From a virus: a DNA stretch of 64,000 bases. Both the position numbers and the translations under genes were made by a program. Location of the stretch: IMG/VR virus record IMGVR_UViG_3300012944_000002, positions 1-64,000 of that record; one strand, written 5' to 3'. Shown one piece after another: positions 52,307 through 62,609 of this stretch. The notes under the pieces are model-generated. The model made no database searches and had not been told where the DNA came from. It was given only the letters and a program-made list of their open reading frames with translations. The stretch's first letter is position 1; every line of letters begins with the position of its first letter.

Positions 52307-52705
52307 ATGGGCTACAACGAGCCTTACGTCCTGCTGCCCTTCCCGGACCTCGGCGCGGACTGCAGCGTGCTGCTGAAGAACCCGCAGCTGCTGGCGCCGT
52401 CGGAGATTACCCCAGAGGACGTGCCGCTGGACGACAAGGGACAGCCGGTCGACCCGCAGGGCGCCAACGAGGCCATGTACAAGGTCATGGCGAAGATCAT
52501 CGTCGCCTGGAAGGTCTACGAGGCATTCGCCGCGGACTTGCCGCAGGTGGACCCCGACGCGGACCCGGCCGACGTGCTGGCCACCTTGCAGGCGATGGAG
52601 CAGCGCCGGATCGGCGCGGTCACCCCGGAGAACGTCGGCCGCCTGCCGCTGGCCATCATCAACCGCATCGGCGAGGAGATCGGCCGCGTCGCGGACCCCA
52701 AGTAG
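52307..52705 (+). CDS. tail assembly chaperone (G-like)
   Basis: Track ORF 52307..52705. RBS AAGGAGA. Lies just upstream of a -1 frame extension and the tape measure. Confidence 0.75.
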   Translation: MGYNEPYVLLPFPDLGADCSVLLKNPQLLAPSEITPEDVPLDDKGQPVDPQGANEAMYKVMAKIIVAWKVYEAFAADLPQVDPDADPADVLATLQAMEQRRIGAVTPENVGRLPLAIINRIGEEIGRVADPK

Positions 52706-52959
52706 GCCCCGGGTCGCCGTACTACGAAGACGTCCTCATCCCCGTCGAATCGATCATCGAGGGTACATGGGCGTCCGACGAGGCACCCGCCGAGTGGGCC
52801 GACTTCATCCTGATGCAGCGTATGCGCTGGTCGTGGGAGCAACTGCGGGCCACGCCGCTGTACGTGCGGCGATACACGCTCGACTTCCTCGGCATGATCT
52901 CCGAGCACGAAAACCAGGAGCAGCGCCGCGCAGAGGCCAGGGCCAAACGGGCGGGGTGA
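52307..52959 (+). CDS. tail assembly chaperone, -1 frameshift product (GT-like)
   Basis: The -1 frame is open from before 52690 to TGA 52957-52959. It reads ...YYEDVLIPVESIIEGTWASDEAPAEWADFILMQRMRWSWEQLRATPLYVRRYTLDFLGMI. The C-run GAC-CCC-AAG-TAG at 52694-52705 is the candidate slip site. Confidence 0.55.
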
Positions 52960-52962
52960 CCC

Positions 52963-53424
52963 ATGGCAGCCGAGTTGCGACCTGGCACGTTCGTCCGCCT
53001 GTTCGCCGAGATCAACGCCGCGCATGAGGCGAAGGTGCGCCGGGTGCTGACGCAGATCGCACTGGTCGCCGAACGGCAGGCAAAGATCAACGCTTCGGTG
53101 GGCGCGCATAAGCGCGGCACCCCGACGCCTGCCCGGCCCGGCGCCGGTCCGGCTGTCATCTCGGGGACGCTGCGGCGCTCCCTCACCCACACCACGCCCG
53201 TTCGTACCGGCGTCGGGTGGGAAGTGAAAGTCGGCACCGCCGTCGGATTCACGCCGCCCTACGGCAAGACTTCCGCCAGCCAGTACGGGCTGATCTTGGA
53301 GAAGACCGGGCTGAAGAACGGCAACACCTACCCGTTCCTGGTGCCCGCCGCAACGTTCGCCATGCGAGTAGCAGCACCCGCCTTGTATCGGGCCTCGTTC
53401 GGCGGCGCCTGGCCCCGCATCTGA
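52963..53424 (+). CDS. HK97 gp10-like tail/neck component (putative)
   Basis: Track ORF 52963..53424. SGTLRRSLTHT...VGT resembles the gp10-family pattern. Confidence 0.5.
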   Translation: MAAELRPGTFVRLFAEINAAHEAKVRRVLTQIALVAERQAKINASVGAHKRGTPTPARPGAGPAVISGTLRRSLTHTTPVRTGVGWEVKVGTAVGFTPPYGKTSASQYGLILEKTGLKNGNTYPFLVPAATFAMRVAAPALYRASFGGAWPRI

Positions 53425-53472
53425 CCACAGCTCGCCACCCCCCTTTCCGCAGCGGATCCGCCAGGGGGTGTC

Positions 53473-56400
53473 ATGGGCGCCGAAGTCGCCGACCTCTACA
53501 CGGTGCTCCGCGCGGAGACCGCGCCGTTCTCCCGGGGCATGCGCGCGGCCGCCGAAGAGGGCGAGTCGCTCACCACCCGCATGGGCGGCCTGCGGCAGAC
53601 GATGATCAAGCTCGGTGCGGCCACCACGCTGGTCGGCGTCGGCTTCGTCGCCTACGGCGTCAAGGCGGCCGGAGACTTCCAGCAGAAGATGAACCTGCTG
53701 GTCACGGCATGCGGTGAGTCCACGTCCAAGCTGAAGCAGGTCTCTAACGGCGTACTGTCCCTGGCCCGCGAGACCGGCACGTCGACCAACGAACTGGCCG
53801 ACGGTATGTACCAGGTGGAGAAGGCCGGCTACCGGGCTGGCGACGGCCTGACGGTGCTCAGAGCGGCGGCGCAGGGTGCGCGCGAGGAAGGTGCGAACCT
53901 CAAGGACGTCACCAATGCGATGACGTCGGTGATGGCCTCGTACCACCTCAAGGCCAGCGACTCCGTCCGCGTCATGAACGCCCTCAAGACCGCGGCTGGC
54001 GAAGGCAAGATGACCATGGAGGAGTTCTCCAGGTCGCTGTCCACGGTCATCCCCATCGCGTCCGCCAACAAGATCTCGTTCGGTGAGATCGGCGGCGCCA
54101 TCGCGACCCTGACCCAACACGGCACCACTGCGGCCGAAGCCACCCAGGAACTCTCCAACACGATCCGCAACCTGGCCGCGCCGAACAACGTCGCCGTTCA
54201 GCAGATGCAGCGCCTCGGCCTGTCCTCCGTAGATGTGGCCACCAACCTCGGGAAGCGCGGACTGACCGGAACTCTCGATCTGCTGTCGCAGACCGTCCTG
54301 TCCAAGATGGGCAAGTCCGGCACATTTCTGCTGTCGTCGTTCAACCAGACGAAGCAGGCCAGCGCCGACCTCAAGATCATGCTCGGGTCGATGCCGAAGA
54401 CCGTCAAGGATCTCGCATCGAGCCTGCAGAGCGGCTCGATGTCGCTCGGCGACTACAAGCAGGGGATCAAAGCCCTCCCGGCCGATCAGGCCGCGATGGG
54501 CATGCAGTTCCTCACTTTGTATCAGCGCAGCCACGGCTTCAATGACGCGCTGAAGAAGGGCGGCCCGGCTGCACAGACGTACACCGACGCCATCAAGAAG
54601 ATGACTGGCGGCGCGACCGGGCTCAACACCACGCTGCAACTCACCGGCGAGAACATGGCCGGGTTCAAGTCTCGCAGCGACAAGGTCTCCACGAGCCTCA
54701 ACCACGCATCGAAGGACGTCGAGGGCTGGAAGGTCACGCAGGCCAGCTTCAACGTGCAGATGGGGCGCCTCAAAGAGGTCGTGACCACCGCGGCCATTAC
54801 GGTCGGCCTGAAACTGATCCCGGTCATCCTGCGCGTCATCGGGTACTTCGAGACGCACAAGGCCGCCTCCATGGCCCTGGCCGGCGTCATCGGGGGAATC
54901 CTCGTCTCGTCAGTCCTGATGTTCATCGGGACCGCCCTCAAGCCCCTCCTGTCGATGCTGCAACTCGTCGGCAAGGGCGCCCTCGCGCTTGGTCGGGCCT
55001 TTACGAAGATCCCGTGGGGCTCGATCGGCGGCGGATTCACCAGTCTGCGACTGCGGGCGATGTACGCCTGGGACGGCATCAAGGCGGGTGCGGGCAGGGC
55101 GGCAACGGCCGTCACCTCGTTCGGCCGGAGAGCCGCTACGGCTACGGCCAGCGCAGGAAAAGCAGCGTGGTCAGGTCTCGTGACTGGCCTCAAGAGCGTC
55201 GGCACGGCGTTCAAAACCGCCGGGCTGGCCGCGCTCGATTTCGGCAAGAAGATGGCGCTGTCCGCACTGTCCGGGCTGCGGGCTGCGGCGGCGTGGACGA
55301 TCCAGAAGGTCGCGCTCGTTGCGTCGGCCATCGCGGAGAAGGCTGCGGCGCTGGCTCAGTGGGCTCTGAACGTGGCGATGGACGCGAATCCGATCATGCT
55401 TGTGGTGCTCGCGATCGCGGCCGTTGTCGCAGCGCTCGTGTTCGCCTACACGCACTTCGCGTGGTTCCGCACGGGCGTGCAGGCCGCGTTCCACGCGATC
55501 GCGGACGCGGTGATGTTCGTCGTGAACTTCGTGAAGGCCCACTGGCTTCCGATCCTCGCGATCATCACCGGGCCGGTAGGGCTCGCTGTCATGCTCGTGA
55601 TCAAGTACTGGTCGCAGATCAAGTCCGCCATCATGACCGCGATCAATGCGGTCGTCGGCTTCGTGCGCGGACACTGGCCGCTGTTGCTGGCGATCCTGAC
55701 GGGCCCGATCGGCATCGCGGTCCTGCTGATTACCCGCTACTGGGGCAAGATCAGCTCCGCTTTCTCATCCGCCTACCACGCCGTGGTCAGCACCGGGCGG
55801 AGCCTCGTCGGCTGGGTCTCCGGCCTGCCCGGGATGATCCTGAGCGGCCTGGCATCCCTCGGCGGGAAACTCGCATCGTGGGCGTCGGCCGCTTTCGGCC
55901 GAGCCAAGTCGGCGGCCATCGCCAAAGCGAACGACCTCAACACCTGGATGGGTGGACTTCCGCGCCGGATACTCAGCTCGCTCGGCGACCTCAGCAAACT
56001 GCTGTACACCGCGGGGCAGGACATCATGACCGGCCTGTGGAACGGGATTTCGTCCATGGGCTCGTCGATCGCCGGGAAGATCGGCGGCCTGGTCAAGTCC
56101 GTCGTCCCCGGGCCCGTGCTCAAGGTGCTGGGGATCAACTCGCCGTCGAAGGTTTTCCACGACATTGGCCTTGGCGTCACCGAGGGCCTGGTTAACGGCC
56201 TGACCGTGAGCATGCCGCAGGCCGCACAGGCGTCGGTGGCAGTGGCGCAGGCCACCGTCGACTCCTTCTCCTCCGAACTCGGCATCAACTCGCCGTCGAC
56301 GGTTTTCCGGCAGCTCGGCATCTACGTCAACGAGGGACTGGTCGACGGCCTCACGGGCTCGACGGCCAAGGTCAAGGCGGCGACTCGACGTATCGAGACG

Positions 56401-57423
56401 CTGCTGATCCAGACCAAGAACAAGGCCACCGACCTGCTCTCCAGCAGCGCCGCGCAGGGCAAGAAGGGCGCCGGCCTGCGCGATTGGGTCGCGGCCCAGG
56501 AAAAGACCGTCAGCCGCCTGCAGGTCTACGCAGCGCGCGAGGACAAGGAGTTGCGGAAGCTCGCCTCCAACCGGGATGCGGTCGCCGGCCGACTGAAGAC
56601 CGCGCAGAAGAAACTGTCGGACCTCCAGAAGTCGTGGGCGAGCGAGAAGAACAGCGTCGCGAGCGGCATCACGCAGGGCACGTCGCTCATCACGGAATCC
56701 CCGCAGGAGGGCGCCGCGCTCACGGGCGCTGACGTCCTGAACAACCTCAAGACCCAAGCCGCGAAGGTCGCAGCGTTCTCCGCGCAACTGCAGGCCCTGA
56801 AGAAGAAGGGGCTGTCGGCCTCCCTCATCGAGCAGATTGCGTCGGCTGGCGTCGACCAGGGGGGGGCGACCGCAGCAGCGCTGGCCAGTGCGAGCAGCGA
56901 CACGATCGCGCAGATCAACAACACCCAGAAGGGCATCACCACCGCCGCGAACGCGACGGGCAAGACCGTTGCTGATGCGATGTACGGGGCCGGGATCAAG
57001 AGCGCCCAGGGCCTCGTCAAGGGGCTGCAGTCGCAGGAAAAGACCATCGAGAAGCAGATGCTCAAGATCGCCAAATCCATGGAGTCGGCGATCAAGAAGG
57101 CTCTCGGGATCAAGAGCCCGTCGCGGGTGTTCGCGGCGCTCGGCCGGTTCATCCCGCAGGGCCTCGCCCAAGGAATCGGCGATGCCGCGCACCACGCCAC
57201 GACCGCCGCCAGCGGTCTCGCGGCATCGGTGGCCGGCGCCGGATCCTTCGGTGGTGCCGCCATGGTCGGCGCGGGCGGAGGAGGAACGGTCGTCCACAAC
57301 CACTACGAGTTCCACATCGCGGGCAACGTCCGGACGATCAAGGACTTGGCTGCAGACGTCGAGACCGAGTTCCTGAAGCGCGCCAGGAGCAACCCCACCA
57401 CCTACACGCCGTTCAAGCGCTGA
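53473..57423 (+). CDS. tape measure protein
   Basis: Track ORF 53473..57423 (1316 aa). Long helical and Gly/Ala-rich segments, central TM-like helices, canonical position. Confidence 0.9.
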   Translation: MGAEVADLYTVLRAETAPFSRGMRAAAEEGESLTTRMGGLRQTMIKLGAATTLVGVGFVAYGVKAAGDFQQKMNLLVTACGESTSKLKQVSNGVLSLARETGTSTNELADGMYQVEKAGYRAGDGLTVLRAAAQGAREEGANLKDVTNAMTSVMASYHLKASDSVRVMNALKTAAGEGKMTMEEFSRSLSTVIPIASANKISFGEIGGAIATLTQHGTTAAEATQELSNTIRNLAAPNNVAVQQMQRLGLSSVDVATNLGKRGLTGTLDLLSQTVLSKMGKSGTFLLSSFNQTKQASADLKIMLGSMPKTVKDLASSLQSGSMSLGDYKQGIKALPADQAAMGMQFLTLYQRSHGFNDALKKGGPAAQTYTDAIKKMTGGATGLNTTLQLTGENMAGFKSRSDKVSTSLNHASKDVEGWKVTQASFNVQMGRLKEVVTTAAITVGLKLIPVILRVIGYFETHKAASMALAGVIGGILVSSVLMFIGTALKPLLSMLQLVGKGALALGRAFTKIPWGSIGGGFTSLRLRAMYAWDGIKAGAGRAATAVTSFGRRAATATASAGKAAWSGLVTGLKSVGTAFKTAGLAALDFGKKMALSALSGLRAAAAWTIQKVALVASAIAEKAAALAQWALNVAMDANPIMLVVLAIAAVVAALVFAYTHFAWFRTGVQAAFHAIADAVMFVVNFVKAHWLPILAIITGPVGLAVMLVIKYWSQIKSAIMTAINAVVGFVRGHWPLLLAILTGPIGIAVLLITRYWGKISSAFSSAYHAVVSTGRSLVGWVSGLPGMILSGLASLGGKLASWASAAFGRAKSAAIAKANDLNTWMGGLPRRILSSLGDLSKLLYTAGQDIMTGLWNGISSMGSSIAGKIGGLVKSVVPGPVLKVLGINSPSKVFHDIGLGVTEGLVNGLTVSMPQAAQASVAVAQATVDSFSSELGINSPSTVFRQLGIYVNEGLVDGLTGSTAKVKAATRRIETLLIQTKNKATDLLSSSAAQGKKGAGLRDWVAAQEKTVSRLQVYAAREDKELRKLASNRDAVAGRLKTAQKKLSDLQKSWASEKNSVASGITQGTSLITESPQEGAALTGADVLNNLKTQAAKVAAFSAQLQALKKKGLSASLIEQIASAGVDQGGATAAALASASSDTIAQINNTQKGITTAANATGKTVADAMYGAGIKSAQGLVKGLQSQEKTIEKQMLKIAKSMESAIKKALGIKSPSRVFAALGRFIPQGLAQGIGDAAHHATTAASGLAASVAGAGSFGGAAMVGAGGGGTVVHNHYEFHIAGNVRTIKDLAADVETEFLKRARSNPTTYTPFKR

Positions 57424-57432
57424 GGGGGACTC

Positions 57433-60400
57433 GTGGCGAAACTGTCCACCCTGGTCGACGCGTTCACCGCATCCGCGATCAACACCACCCTGTGGAACTC
57501 AATCACGGGTGCGGCAACCCTGGACACGGTCAACGACCAGATCACGCTGGCGGTCCCCACGGTCAGCGGCACAACCAACGCGCTCGGCACGACGTCCACG
57601 TGGGACGCCACGGCCAGCAGCATCTACGCGCAGGTCGCCGTCGCACCGAACGGCAACGGCGGCACCACCACCGCGCTCCGCCTGTCCCTGAACGCCAACA
57701 ACAACATCGCCGTCCGGCTCGCGGCCGGCGTGTTTGGCGCGGCCCTCACCACCGCCGGCACGCCGGTCGTCACCACGCTGGCCACCTACGACCCGCACGC
57801 CCACCGGTGGTGGCGCATCTCGGAGGCGAGCGGATCGTTCCTCATCGCGGCCGGCCCGGACGGCCTCAACTGGACGACCCTGGCGACCCTCGCCTACTCG
57901 TGGTCGGCGACCGCCGTGACCGTGGCGTTCCAGACCGCGGCCACAGTGACCGAGGCCGCAGGGAACACGGCGACGATCGGCCGCATCAACACCCGCCTCG
58001 GTGGCACCCTCAACCCGAACTGGCCGCAGGTCGAATACGGCAGCGGCCTGTGGTGGGGCGCCAACGGCGGGGCGATCCCGACCGACCTGTACGTGGACGT
58101 ATCCCAGCGCACCCAGGGCGCGACGACGGCAACCAGTGGCAAGCAGTACGAACTGGACCAGGTGCGGGCCGGCGAGGAATCGGTGACGCTGGCCAACACC
58201 GACGGCGTCCTGGATCCCACCAGCGCCAGCAGCCCGTTCACCGGCCACATCAAACCGTTCCAGCCGTTCCGGGTGCGCACTCAGTGGCCGGGCACCGTCA
58301 ACCTGATGTCGCAGGGCATTGCGTCCGGCGGCTCCTACGGCGGCGTGGCGCTGGGCGCCATCACTCCGTCGAGCGCGCTGGATCTGTACTCGGACACCGA
58401 TGTCACCGGCGGCTCGGTGGTCGCGTCCGCCTCGGCGTGGATCGGCCCGAACGTCACCCAGTTCTCGGTGCCGAACGCGACTGCGTCCGGGCAGCGGATC
58501 GTTCGCTGCGCGCAGGTCGCGGTCATTCCCGGCCAGCCGTACACGATTCAGATCCGCGTCCGGGACGTCACCGCGTCCACCAGTCTCCAGGTCAAGGCGC
58601 TCATCGGCTGGTACGGGCCGATCCTGAGCAGCCCCACCACCTGGTCCTACGGCTCGGCCGTGACCCTCACCGGGTCCAGCACCGCCGGATGGTCGTACCT
58701 GACCGTCTCCGGCACCGCCCCGGCGGCCTGCTACGGCATGGAGGTCGGCGTCGCGGTGGCCGCGACCGCGGGCGCACTGTGCAGCGTGCAGAGCAGCGGC
58801 TGGCAGTTGGAGCACGGCTCCACAGCCTCGGCGTGGGCGATGCCCGGCGCATGGTCCCCGCTGGCCGCGGTGTTCACGGCGGACTACCCGGCCCAGTGGA
58901 CGATGTCCGGGACCTACGGCACGGTCGCGCCGTCGGGCGCGGACGCGTTCAGTTTGCTGAGCCAGCTGCAATTGGACGACGCGCTGACCGCCGAGATCAA
59001 CAGCCACTCACCGACGTACCTGTACACCCTGAGCGACCCGGCGGGGTCGACCGGCGCCACCGATCTGATCGGCGCGTACCCGGCGGCGCCCATCATGATC
59101 AGCAAGGGCGGCGCCGGCAGCATCGCATTCGGCACGGCCATCACCGCGACCGCCCCGACGGGCATATACACCGGCTCAACCGGCACGGTCGCGGCCGTCA
59201 CCAACGCCTCGCCCGGATCGGCCGCCGCCGGGCCCGCGAGCTTCCTGTCGCTCAACGCCGCGGGCATCAAAGGGCCCGTCACCACCATCTACAGCCGCGT
59301 CATCGCGTTCCGGTACACCGGGCCGGCGCCCGCGAGCGCAGTGGACATCTGGACCGCGATGGACGGCGGCCACCAGATCAGCCCGAGCAGTTTTTTGCGC
59401 CTCTTCATCGACGGTGCGGGCAAGCTGAACGTCACCACGAGCTCCCTGTCCACCGGCGGGATCACCCTCACCTCCACCCCCACCGTCAATGACGGCAACT
59501 GGCACCTGGTCGTGTTCGGGCAGACCACCGCCGCGGGAGGCCTCTTTTTTCTCAGCCTCGACGGTGCCTACACCTCGACCGCCGCGAGCCTGAGCTACTT
59601 CCCCGCGGGGGCGCTGTGGGACAACGTGGGCTGCCAGGCGGACGGAACCACGGGCTACGGCACGAGGTACAACTTCACCGGCGCGGTGTCGTTCGTCGGG
59701 GAGTTCCCGGTGGCGCTCAACGGCACCGACTGCGCGAACCTCTACACGGCGTGGCGTTCGGCGTGCGCGGGGGAGTCCACCGACACCCGGTACGCGCGGA
59801 TCCTGCGGTACGCCGGATACACCGGCACCACGAGCATCCAGGCCGGACTGACCACCTCGATGGGTCCGGCGGCGTTCGGCGGCCAGGACGTCGTCAGCGC
59901 CTTGGAAGACGTCGTCACCACGGAGAGCGGCGCCCATTTCGTGGCGGGCGACGGCACGATCACGTTCCTCTCCCGCTCCGCCCGCTACAACGCCCTCACT
60001 CCGGCCTACGTGTTCGGGGAGCGGGCGGACCTGGGGGAGTGGCCGTATGAGGACTGCAAACCGGTCTACGACTCCACGCACCTCGGCAACCAGGTCGAAG
60101 TCACCCAGCCGTCCACCTCGCAGATCTTCTACGCCCGCGACGACGCGTCACGCACCGCCTACTTCCCTCGGACGATCACCCGCACCATCAACTCGTCGTC
60201 CGCCCTGGAATGCCAGGACGCCGCGAACTACCTGGTCAGCAGGTACGCGCAGCCGCTGACGCGCATCACCAGCCTGGTCCTGCACCCGGCGGGGAACCCG
60301 GCGATGTGGCCGGTCTGCCTGGCGCTGACCCTCGGCACCCGGGTACGGGTGATGCGCCGGCCGCCGGGCTTGACGGCGACGCAGTTGGAGGTGTTCGTCG

Positions 60401-60828
60401 AGAACCTTGCCTGGTCGTTGGACGACAAGGGCGAGGCGATGCTCACCCTCCAGTGCTCCCCGGCGGACACCACCCCCTACGCCGTTTTCGCCGCCTGGCA
60501 TACGACGCTGCACACCACGATCTCCTCCGGCGTCTCCTCGATCACCGTGGACGCCAGCGCCGACACCACCAACGTGCTCGCCGCACAGCTCGCGCCGGGG
60601 CAGCAGCTGACCCTCGGCCAGAACAGCGCCAACGCCGAGACCGTCCACGTGCTGTCCGTGGGCGCCACATCGCCCGGCTGGACTACCGCGGTCCTCACAC
60701 TGACCGCGCCCACCACCAAGGGCCACACCGCCGGCGACCTCGTCAACGAACCGCTGCCCCCCGGGGTCACGGACCCGTCCACCTACGACGCGGCCTCCGC
60801 GTTCGACGCCTCAGCGTTCGCTTACTAG
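57433..60828 (+). CDS. large minor tail protein (distal tail / fibre-type, lectin-like repeats)
   Basis: Track ORF 57433..60828 (1131 aa). Thr/Ser/Gly/Ala-rich beta-type sequence immediately after the tape measure. Confidence 0.75.
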   Translation: MAKLSTLVDAFTASAINTTLWNSITGAATLDTVNDQITLAVPTVSGTTNALGTTSTWDATASSIYAQVAVAPNGNGGTTTALRLSLNANNNIAVRLAAGVFGAALTTAGTPVVTTLATYDPHAHRWWRISEASGSFLIAAGPDGLNWTTLATLAYSWSATAVTVAFQTAATVTEAAGNTATIGRINTRLGGTLNPNWPQVEYGSGLWWGANGGAIPTDLYVDVSQRTQGATTATSGKQYELDQVRAGEESVTLANTDGVLDPTSASSPFTGHIKPFQPFRVRTQWPGTVNLMSQGIASGGSYGGVALGAITPSSALDLYSDTDVTGGSVVASASAWIGPNVTQFSVPNATASGQRIVRCAQVAVIPGQPYTIQIRVRDVTASTSLQVKALIGWYGPILSSPTTWSYGSAVTLTGSSTAGWSYLTVSGTAPAACYGMEVGVAVAATAGALCSVQSSGWQLEHGSTASAWAMPGAWSPLAAVFTADYPAQWTMSGTYGTVAPSGADAFSLLSQLQLDDALTAEINSHSPTYLYTLSDPAGSTGATDLIGAYPAAPIMISKGGAGSIAFGTAITATAPTGIYTGSTGTVAAVTNASPGSAAAGPASFLSLNAAGIKGPVTTIYSRVIAFRYTGPAPASAVDIWTAMDGGHQISPSSFLRLFIDGAGKLNVTTSSLSTGGITLTSTPTVNDGNWHLVVFGQTTAAGGLFFLSLDGAYTSTAASLSYFPAGALWDNVGCQADGTTGYGTRYNFTGAVSFVGEFPVALNGTDCANLYTAWRSACAGESTDTRYARILRYAGYTGTTSIQAGLTTSMGPAAFGGQDVVSALEDVVTTESGAHFVAGDGTITFLSRSARYNALTPAYVFGERADLGEWPYEDCKPVYDSTHLGNQVEVTQPSTSQIFYARDDASRTAYFPRTITRTINSSSALECQDAANYLVSRYAQPLTRITSLVLHPAGNPAMWPVCLALTLGTRVRVMRRPPGLTATQLEVFVENLAWSLDDKGEAMLTLQCSPADTTPYAVFAAWHTTLHTTISSGVSSITVDASADTTNVLAAQLAPGQQLTLGQNSANAETVHVLSVGATSPGWTTAVLTLTAPTTKGHTAGDLVNEPLPPGVTDPSTYDAASAFDASAFAY

Positions 60829-60837
60829 GAGGCTGGC

Positions 60838-61371
60838 ATGACCCGTACCGCCCCCGTCATGCCCACCGAGGTCCCCGGAAACTACAACACCGCCGCGCTG
60901 TTCGCCGCCGCCACCGGGGCCGTCGGCAACTGGCAGATCAACGTTCCGCGTTTCAAGGGCTACTCGGGCACGGGCCAGGCGTTCACCACCGGGACCACTT
61001 TCGTCAGCGTGACGCTGGACAGCGAGTACCTCGACTCCGACGGCGGCCACTCCACCGTCACCAACACGTCCCGGTACACCTGCCAGGTCGCCGGTTGGTA
61101 CTGGTGCCACGGATCCATGAACTTCCCCACCAACTCCACCGGCAACAGGTCCCTGCAGCTCGCCGTCAACGGAACCACCTACCCGGGCACGTCCGTTCTC
61201 CTGGCGGCACCTGCCGGCAACAGCTGGATCGGCATGACCGCCGGACTCGTACAGCTCGCCGTGGGTGACTACCTGGAGCTCCAGGCGTTTCAGAACTCCG
61301 GCAGCACCCTCACCACCACGGTGATCAGCGGCATCCAGCCGACGCTGTCCGCGGTATGGATCTCCAGCTGA
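60838..61371 (+). CDS. minor tail protein with C1q/TNF-like jelly-roll pattern
   Basis: Track ORF 60838..61371. RBS TAGGAGG. YTCQVAGWYWCHGSMNF...LQLAVNG...LVQLAVGDYLELQAFQNSG. Confidence 0.6.
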   Translation: MTRTAPVMPTEVPGNYNTAALFAAATGAVGNWQINVPRFKGYSGTGQAFTTGTTFVSVTLDSEYLDSDGGHSTVTNTSRYTCQVAGWYWCHGSMNFPTNSTGNRSLQLAVNGTTYPGTSVLLAAPAGNSWIGMTAGLVQLAVGDYLELQAFQNSGSTLTTTVISGIQPTLSAVWISS

Positions 61372-61413
61372 CCGTCCGTCACCCGGCCCGCCCTCCCGAG
61401 AGGTCCCTTCCGC

Positions 61414-62583
61414 ATGCCCATGCGCCTCCGCACCGTCGCCCTCGCAGTGGCTGGCCTGCTCGCCGCGGCCGCGGTCATCCTGGCCCCCGCCCCGGCCCAC
61501 GCTGTCACCTGCACGACGACGCTGTGGACGGCTGGCACCGGCGGCTACGCCTCCTACCGCATCCCCGCCGTGGTGGCCGAGGGCAGCGTCGTCCTGGCGT
61601 TCGCCGAGGGGCGCCGCGATTCCGCCGCGGACAACGGGTCGATCGCGGTGGTCGAGCGCAGGTCGACCGACGGCGGCTGCACGTGGACGGCGCAGCAGCG
61701 TGTCGCCGCGGACGGCGGACAGACCGTCGGCAACCCGCAGCCGATGGTCGCCGCCGACGGCACGTTGGTGCTGCTGACGACGTGGCAGGGCGGCGCCTAC
61801 ACCCAGACGCAGATCGTCGCCGGGCAGGTGCCCGCGCCGTGGGGGCGCCGGGTGTACGTACAGACCAGCGCGGATCAGGGCGTCACGTGGACGGCCCGCC
61901 GCGAGATCACCAGTAGCGTCAAGATCGCCGACTGGCTCTGGTACGCCACCGGTCCCGGCCACGGCCTGACCCTCACGACCGGCCCGCACTCCGGGCGCCT
62001 GGTCGCCGCCGCCGACCACTGGAACCTGGACGGCGTCGAGCACGGCGTCGTACTGATCACCAGCGACGACGCCGGCGCGACCTGGCAGATGGGCGCGGAC
62101 GACACGCAGTCCGGCGCGCTGCACCCGGATGAGGCGTCGGCGGCGCAACTCCCCGACGGGCAGATCTACATCTCGGCGCGCGACCAGGGCGGCACGGATC
62201 CCAGCAGCCGCGACGACACCTACAGTGCGGACTCCGGCGAGACGTACACCCAGCCGTTCCAGGCGCAGCCCCAGATCGTCACCAGCGAGGTTGAGGGGTC
62301 CGTCCTCCAGGACTCGGGCCTGCCCGCCGGGGTCTCCTGCCACCCGCTGCTGTACTCCGGACCGGAGGATCCTGCGGCCCGCCAGCACCTGACGATCCGG
62401 CGCAGCGATGACGACGGGGTCACCTGGCGCACCGTCACCACCATCACCGCGGCCACGGTCCCGGCCGGGTACTCCGACATCGCCAAGACCTCGCGGACGA
62501 CCCTCGGCGTCCTCTACGAGACCGGGACGACGGGCTACGCCGAGCGGATCGACTTCAAGAGCGTCGCCGTTGTCTGCCCCTGA
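61414..62583 (+). CDS. secreted exo-alpha-sialidase (GH33-like, BNR/Asp-box beta-propeller)
   Basis: Track ORF 61414..62583. Signal peptide ending APAHA. YRIP motif. Asp boxes STDGGCTW, SADQGVTW, SDDAGATW, SADSGETY and SDDDGVTW. Confidence 0.85.
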   Translation: MPMRLRTVALAVAGLLAAAAVILAPAPAHAVTCTTTLWTAGTGGYASYRIPAVVAEGSVVLAFAEGRRDSAADNGSIAVVERRSTDGGCTWTAQQRVAADGGQTVGNPQPMVAADGTLVLLTTWQGGAYTQTQIVAGQVPAPWGRRVYVQTSADQGVTWTARREITSSVKIADWLWYATGPGHGLTLTTGPHSGRLVAAADHWNLDGVEHGVVLITSDDAGATWQMGADDTQSGALHPDEASAAQLPDGQIYISARDQGGTDPSSRDDTYSADSGETYTQPFQAQPQIVTSEVEGSVLQDSGLPAGVSCHPLLYSGPEDPAARQHLTIRRSDDDGVTWRTVTTITAATVPAGYSDIAKTSRTTLGVLYETGTTGYAERIDFKSVAVVCP

Positions 62584-62609
62584 CCACCACCTCGCCCCGG
62601 GAGAGCGCC

